The position numbers and the translations under genes were made by a program. Of a stretch of DNA of 64,000 nt, positions 61,901 to 64,000 are shown in pieces. How positions within the stretch are numbered: the stretch's first letter is position 1; the number at the start of each line of letters is the position of its first letter. The notes beneath the pieces were generated by a model that was not told the DNA's origin, made no database searches, and saw nothing but the letters and a program-made list of their open reading frames with translations. The stretch spans positions 714,717-778,716 of the forward strand of contig CBDBPH010000001.1 in assembly GCA_965208665.1 (NCBI GenBank), read 5' to 3'. The DNA is from Dehalococcoidia bacterium. GTDB taxonomy: Bacteria; Chloroflexota; Dehalococcoidia; Bin125.

Positions 61901-61961
61901 CGTTGCCGTTGCGCCAGCCGCCCTGCGTACGGTGAATCCACTCCGACCACTTCATGCTCAT
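58932..61961 (-). CDS. UPF0182 family large polytopic membrane protein
   Basis: The start region MSMKW has a Gly/Pro-rich cytoplasmic tail. The family hallmark YVDRLWFDNVGYRGVF follows the first TM, there are about 7 TMs and a roughly 700-aa extracytoplasmic domain, and the C-terminus ...GDWAGYGEAIERLGEILD matches UPF0182. Confidence 0.8.
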   Translation of the reverse strand: MSMKWSEWIHRTQGGWRNGNDGPRDVPPSDEGRSGELGPPPPVFREGLGGGGGVGDDEPPPYTAAEGQPPSRGRTWPRVVVAGVALLVALILLNIGIDIYVDRLWFDNVGYRGVFDLRIVTQVWLFAAGAGVSLVVLGAMYIIAWRMPVEALAPPVDDPRLNRVVHIIAAVAMILLAIIFGSVAAGQWELILQFLHAKPFGQTDAQFGRDLGFYVFELEALQFMKGWATGLAIMAMLTTAATYGVRLMLHRGNARSTIGVRLHLALTIAAVMGLFVWSYWLARFELALNPGGFVFGATFTDDNIRSPVQIVKMVAGIVVILGVLSWPFHERLRFALTPIALLIVVSILGGAILPAAIQRFTVEPNELQRETPYIERNIAATRAAFALDTIEEREFPAADFVGEADLSQNPEALQNVRLWDHRPLNDTLNTIQTIRPLYVYPDVDVDRYDVGGEDHQVFLAARELSQANLQSTQQGWVNRRLQFTHGFGVVMTPVDEVSPSGEPVFWVSNIPPEVIDETSSGPLDLEIVEPRIYYGEVTDAYVIANSETEEFDYPLSGEESDGVADQATTRYSGDGGIELGGFFRRLAFAWSFGDANILISGSVDGESRILFRRLIQERVNELAPFLQLDADPYIVVGEDGRLYWIQDAYTVTDRYPYSQPHAWGYNYVRNSVKAVIDAYHGTVDLYVVDDSDPIIQVWEDIFPELFKPADEFPGDLQQHWRYPQDYFQVQADQYLTYHIESARGLFNREDLWAIPQELLRQQEIAVEPYYVTLRLPDQEEPEFLLILPFTPRNRLNSIAWMAGRSDGENYGKLFAFRFPANKNVDGPKQIENRIDQDVAVSRQFTLLGQQGSEVIRGNLLFIPVGDSYVYVEPIYLQAETGRFPQLKGVIVVNGDTIAFEDTFFNAVQVALGNRAAQGLSLLGDVPGEVAAEDVAAETEQEVAPEPAQQDEPEEREPIVLSDDAAELAEQAQQAFEEALVKQREGDWAGYGEAIERLGEILDRLATASE

Positions 61962-61966
61962 GTTCG

Positions 61967-62746
61967 TCACGAGAGGGCCGTCCCCACCTGTTCGCCGTCG
62001 ACCGCCTGTCGCACGACGCGCGGTTGTCTGCCGTCCACGATACGAACCTGCGCGCCGCAACCGAACGCTTCGCGACCAGCGCGCAGTTTGGGCAGCATCC
62101 CACCCTCGATCACGTCTTGCTCGATCAGCTCACGTTGCCGCTCTGAGTCCAGCGACTCGATCCCCGTCCCTTCTGCGTCCATTACCTGCGGCACGTCGGT
62201 CAGGAAGATCAACAATGAGGCGCCAAGCGCGGAGGCGACCGCGCCGGCCGCAGCGTCGGCGTTGATATTGAGGGTCGTCGAGAGGTCGTTTGCGAGACCA
62301 ACCGGAGCGAGAACCGGCAGCAACCCCGCATCCAACGCCCAACGCAGGGCATGCGGGTTACAGCGAGGGGTCTCCCCGACCAGTCCAATCCGCTCAGAGA
62401 TCGGAGAACACAGCGTTCCAGCATCCACGCCGCTGAGGCCAACGGCAGGAGCGCCCAGCGACTGCAACTGCCTGGTCAGCTCCTTGTTGATCAACCCAGC
62501 CAGCATCGCCACCACCACCTTCAGCGACTCAGGCGTCGTCGAGCGCAGACCGTCGACCCAGGTCGCCTCCGCGCCGAGCTTACGCTGCCAGTCGGTGACT
62601 GCCGCTCCGCCGCCGTGGACGACCACGACCTGGCGGCCCTCGCGGTGTAACTCAACGCAGTCGGACAACGATGTGTCATGCTCGCCCAGGGTCGAGCCGC
62701 CGATCTTGATCACGATCGGTCCGTTCCCGTTCCGCGAAGCGCTCAT
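61967..62746 (-). CDS. argB: Acetylglutamate kinase
   Basis: IVIKIGGS, VVVHGGG and the amino-acid-kinase fold, 259 aa. It lies 5 bp upstream of the UPF0182 start. Confidence 0.85.
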   Translation of the reverse strand: MSASRNGNGPIVIKIGGSTLGEHDTSLSDCVELHREGRQVVVVHGGGAAVTDWQRKLGAEATWVDGLRSTTPESLKVVVAMLAGLINKELTRQLQSLGAPAVGLSGVDAGTLCSPISERIGLVGETPRCNPHALRWALDAGLLPVLAPVGLANDLSTTLNINADAAAGAVASALGASLLIFLTDVPQVMDAEGTGIESLDSERQRELIEQDVIEGGMLPKLRAGREAFGCGAQVRIVDGRQPRVVRQAVDGEQVGTALS

Positions 62747-62807
62747 GGATGCAAGCCTAGCCCACGATGGCTACTGGTCCTGACAGCAAAAGCGATACCG
62801 TCGGCGT

Positions 62808-63848
62808 ATGAGTGCCCGCGCCACCAATCACGCCATCCTCTTCCTGCTCAGTGTCGAGCTGCTCTCCGGCCTGATCTCCTTCACGGTGGGGCGCCCCAGC
62901 GGCGAGTGGATCTTCTGGCTGCACGGAATCGCGGGATTCTCCTTGGTGGGCCTCGTGATTTGGAAGTACCGCATCGTCCTGCGCTCGTTCCGGCGCCGCG
63001 GCGTCGCATCGGAGACCGTCGGCTCGATCATCCTCGTCCTGCTCTTCGTTGGCGTCCTGACCACGGGCACGCTCTGGGCGATCATCGGACGCGGCGGGCT
63101 CGACATCCCGTTCTATGGCAACGCGCGGCTACTGGTCATCCACACGACGCTGGGTCTGGCCCTGACGATCCCGCTGATCGCCCACGCCGCCATGCGCTGG
63201 CCGCGTCGGGTCAAGCGCAGCGACTTCACCAATCGGCGGGCCGCGCTCAGACTGATGGCGGTTGGACTCGGCGGACTGGTCCTCTGGCAAGGCGCGTCAG
63301 CCGCTGCCCCGGCGGCCGGGCAGCGCCCCCGATTCACCGGCTCGCGAGAGGAAGCCAGCGGAGCCGGGAACGCGCACCCGGTGACGCAATGGCTCTTCGA
63401 CAACAGGCAGCGCATCGACGCCGACGAATGGACGTTGACGATTCACGGGCAGGTCGACAAGCCCACCAGGCTCACCTACGAGGAAATCGCGGCCATCGCC
63501 AACCGCGCCGCGACGGCCACACTCGACTGCACCGGAGGCTGGTACACCGTCCAGGAATGGAGCGGCGTGAGGCTGTCGGACGTGTTGGCCAAAATCCAGG
63601 TTGGAGAAGAGGCAGAGAGTGTCGTGGTCGAGTCCGCGACCGGATTCAACCGCCGGTTCTCGATCGCGGAGACCGGCCGACTGCTACTGGCCAGCCATGT
63701 CGCGGGAGAGCCGCTTTCATCGGGACACGGATTTCCGCTTCGGTTGGTTGCGCCAGGTCATCGCGGATACAACTGGGTCAAGTGGGTGACGTCGATCGAG
63801 GTCAGCAACAAACCCTCATGGTGGCAATCGCCGCTGCCACTGCAGTGA
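62808..63848 (+). CDS. Membrane-anchored molybdopterin-dependent oxidoreductase (sulfite-oxidase/YedY-MsrP-like catalytic domain fused to an N-terminal 4-TM His-containing domain)
   Basis: The C-terminal part reads TLTIHGQVDKPTRLTYEEI...LDCTGGWYTVQEWSGVRLSDVL...GHGFPLRLVAPGHRGYNWVKWVTSIEV, which is the Mo-cofactor domain with its Cys ligand. The N-terminal 130 aa contain TM helices with conserved-looking His residues. Confidence 0.7.
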   Translation: MSARATNHAILFLLSVELLSGLISFTVGRPSGEWIFWLHGIAGFSLVGLVIWKYRIVLRSFRRRGVASETVGSIILVLLFVGVLTTGTLWAIIGRGGLDIPFYGNARLLVIHTTLGLALTIPLIAHAAMRWPRRVKRSDFTNRRAALRLMAVGLGGLVLWQGASAAAPAAGQRPRFTGSREEASGAGNAHPVTQWLFDNRQRIDADEWTLTIHGQVDKPTRLTYEEIAAIANRAATATLDCTGGWYTVQEWSGVRLSDVLAKIQVGEEAESVVVESATGFNRRFSIAETGRLLLASHVAGEPLSSGHGFPLRLVAPGHRGYNWVKWVTSIEVSNKPSWWQSPLPLQ

Positions 63849-63872
63849 GTCTCGAAGTCCGTTCCTGAGACT

Positions 63873-64000
63873 GCCTACGTGACGTAGTCCGCGTTGAAGC
63901 GGACGTACGCCTCGGTCAGATCGCAGCCCCAGGCGGTCGCTTCGGCTTGTCCCCGGCCGAGATCCATCCTCAGGAAGACCTCTTCGCCCTGAGTCTTGGC
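63873..64000 (-). CDS. argJ: 3' end of probable glutamate N-acetyltransferase/amino-acid acetyltransferase ArgJ (partial)
   Basis: The minus-strand frame reads ...[41 protein letters not shown]. The C-terminal CDLTxxYVRxNADY is characteristic of ArgJ, and the genomic context is arg genes. Confidence 0.4.

Noticed and set aside
62678-63868. 396-aa + strand ORF in an alternative frame over the Moco-oxidoreductase locus
   Set aside because: The 62808..63848 frame yields unmistakable sulfite-oxidase-family motifs. The alternative frame is Arg/Pro-rich with no signal.
1-64000. Screening for CRISPR arrays, rRNA, prophage/integrase, transposase and toxin-antitoxin pairs
   Set aside because: No regularly spaced direct repeats of 24-48 bp, no rRNA-like conserved stretches, and no ORF with integrase, transposase, Cas or typical TA-family motifs were found. 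The only RNA gene I could support is tRNA-Gly.

Overview
This is a 64 kb, roughly 66% GC, gene-dense bacterial chromosomal window. I call 56 CDS (two of them partial at the window edges) and one tRNA. Deazaflavin (F420) enzymes (two LLM oxidoreductases, one DUF385 reductase), a UPF0182 membrane protein, an RRM RNA-binding protein and GC-rich hairpin repeats point to a high-GC Terrabacteria lineage, Actinomycetota or Chloroflexota. I cannot be more precise from sequence alone.

The left 30 kb is an accessory-type metabolic neighbourhood built around acyl-CoA chemistry: three family-III CoA-transferase genes (two of them about 830-aa tandem-domain fusions), three crotonase-fold hydratases, an acyl-CoA dehydrogenase, two stand-alone carboxyltransferase paralogs, an HpcH/HpaI aldolase, Zn-ADH and 2-hydroxyacid dehydrogenases, a cytoplasmic arylsulfatase, a tandem LLM pair, and a signal-less DUF1501/DUF1800 pair.

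The right half is housekeeping: PBP1A, gatCA, an Lrp-aminotransferase pair, argS-trpS, recG, fakA(DAK2)-degV, rpmB, and an arginine cluster (argJ fragment, argB, argD, argG, argH). The arg cluster is interrupted by a 1010-aa UPF0182 membrane protein, an opposite-strand molybdopterin oxidoreductase fusion and an unknown 119-aa protein.

No CRISPR, rRNA, transposase or integrase was seen. A family of short GC-rich hairpin repeats occurs at three or more sites, one copy in-frame inside a CoA-transferase linker. A 557-bp non-coding region upstream of the LLM pair carries 10-bp-phased GAAC/CCTGAA direct repeats.
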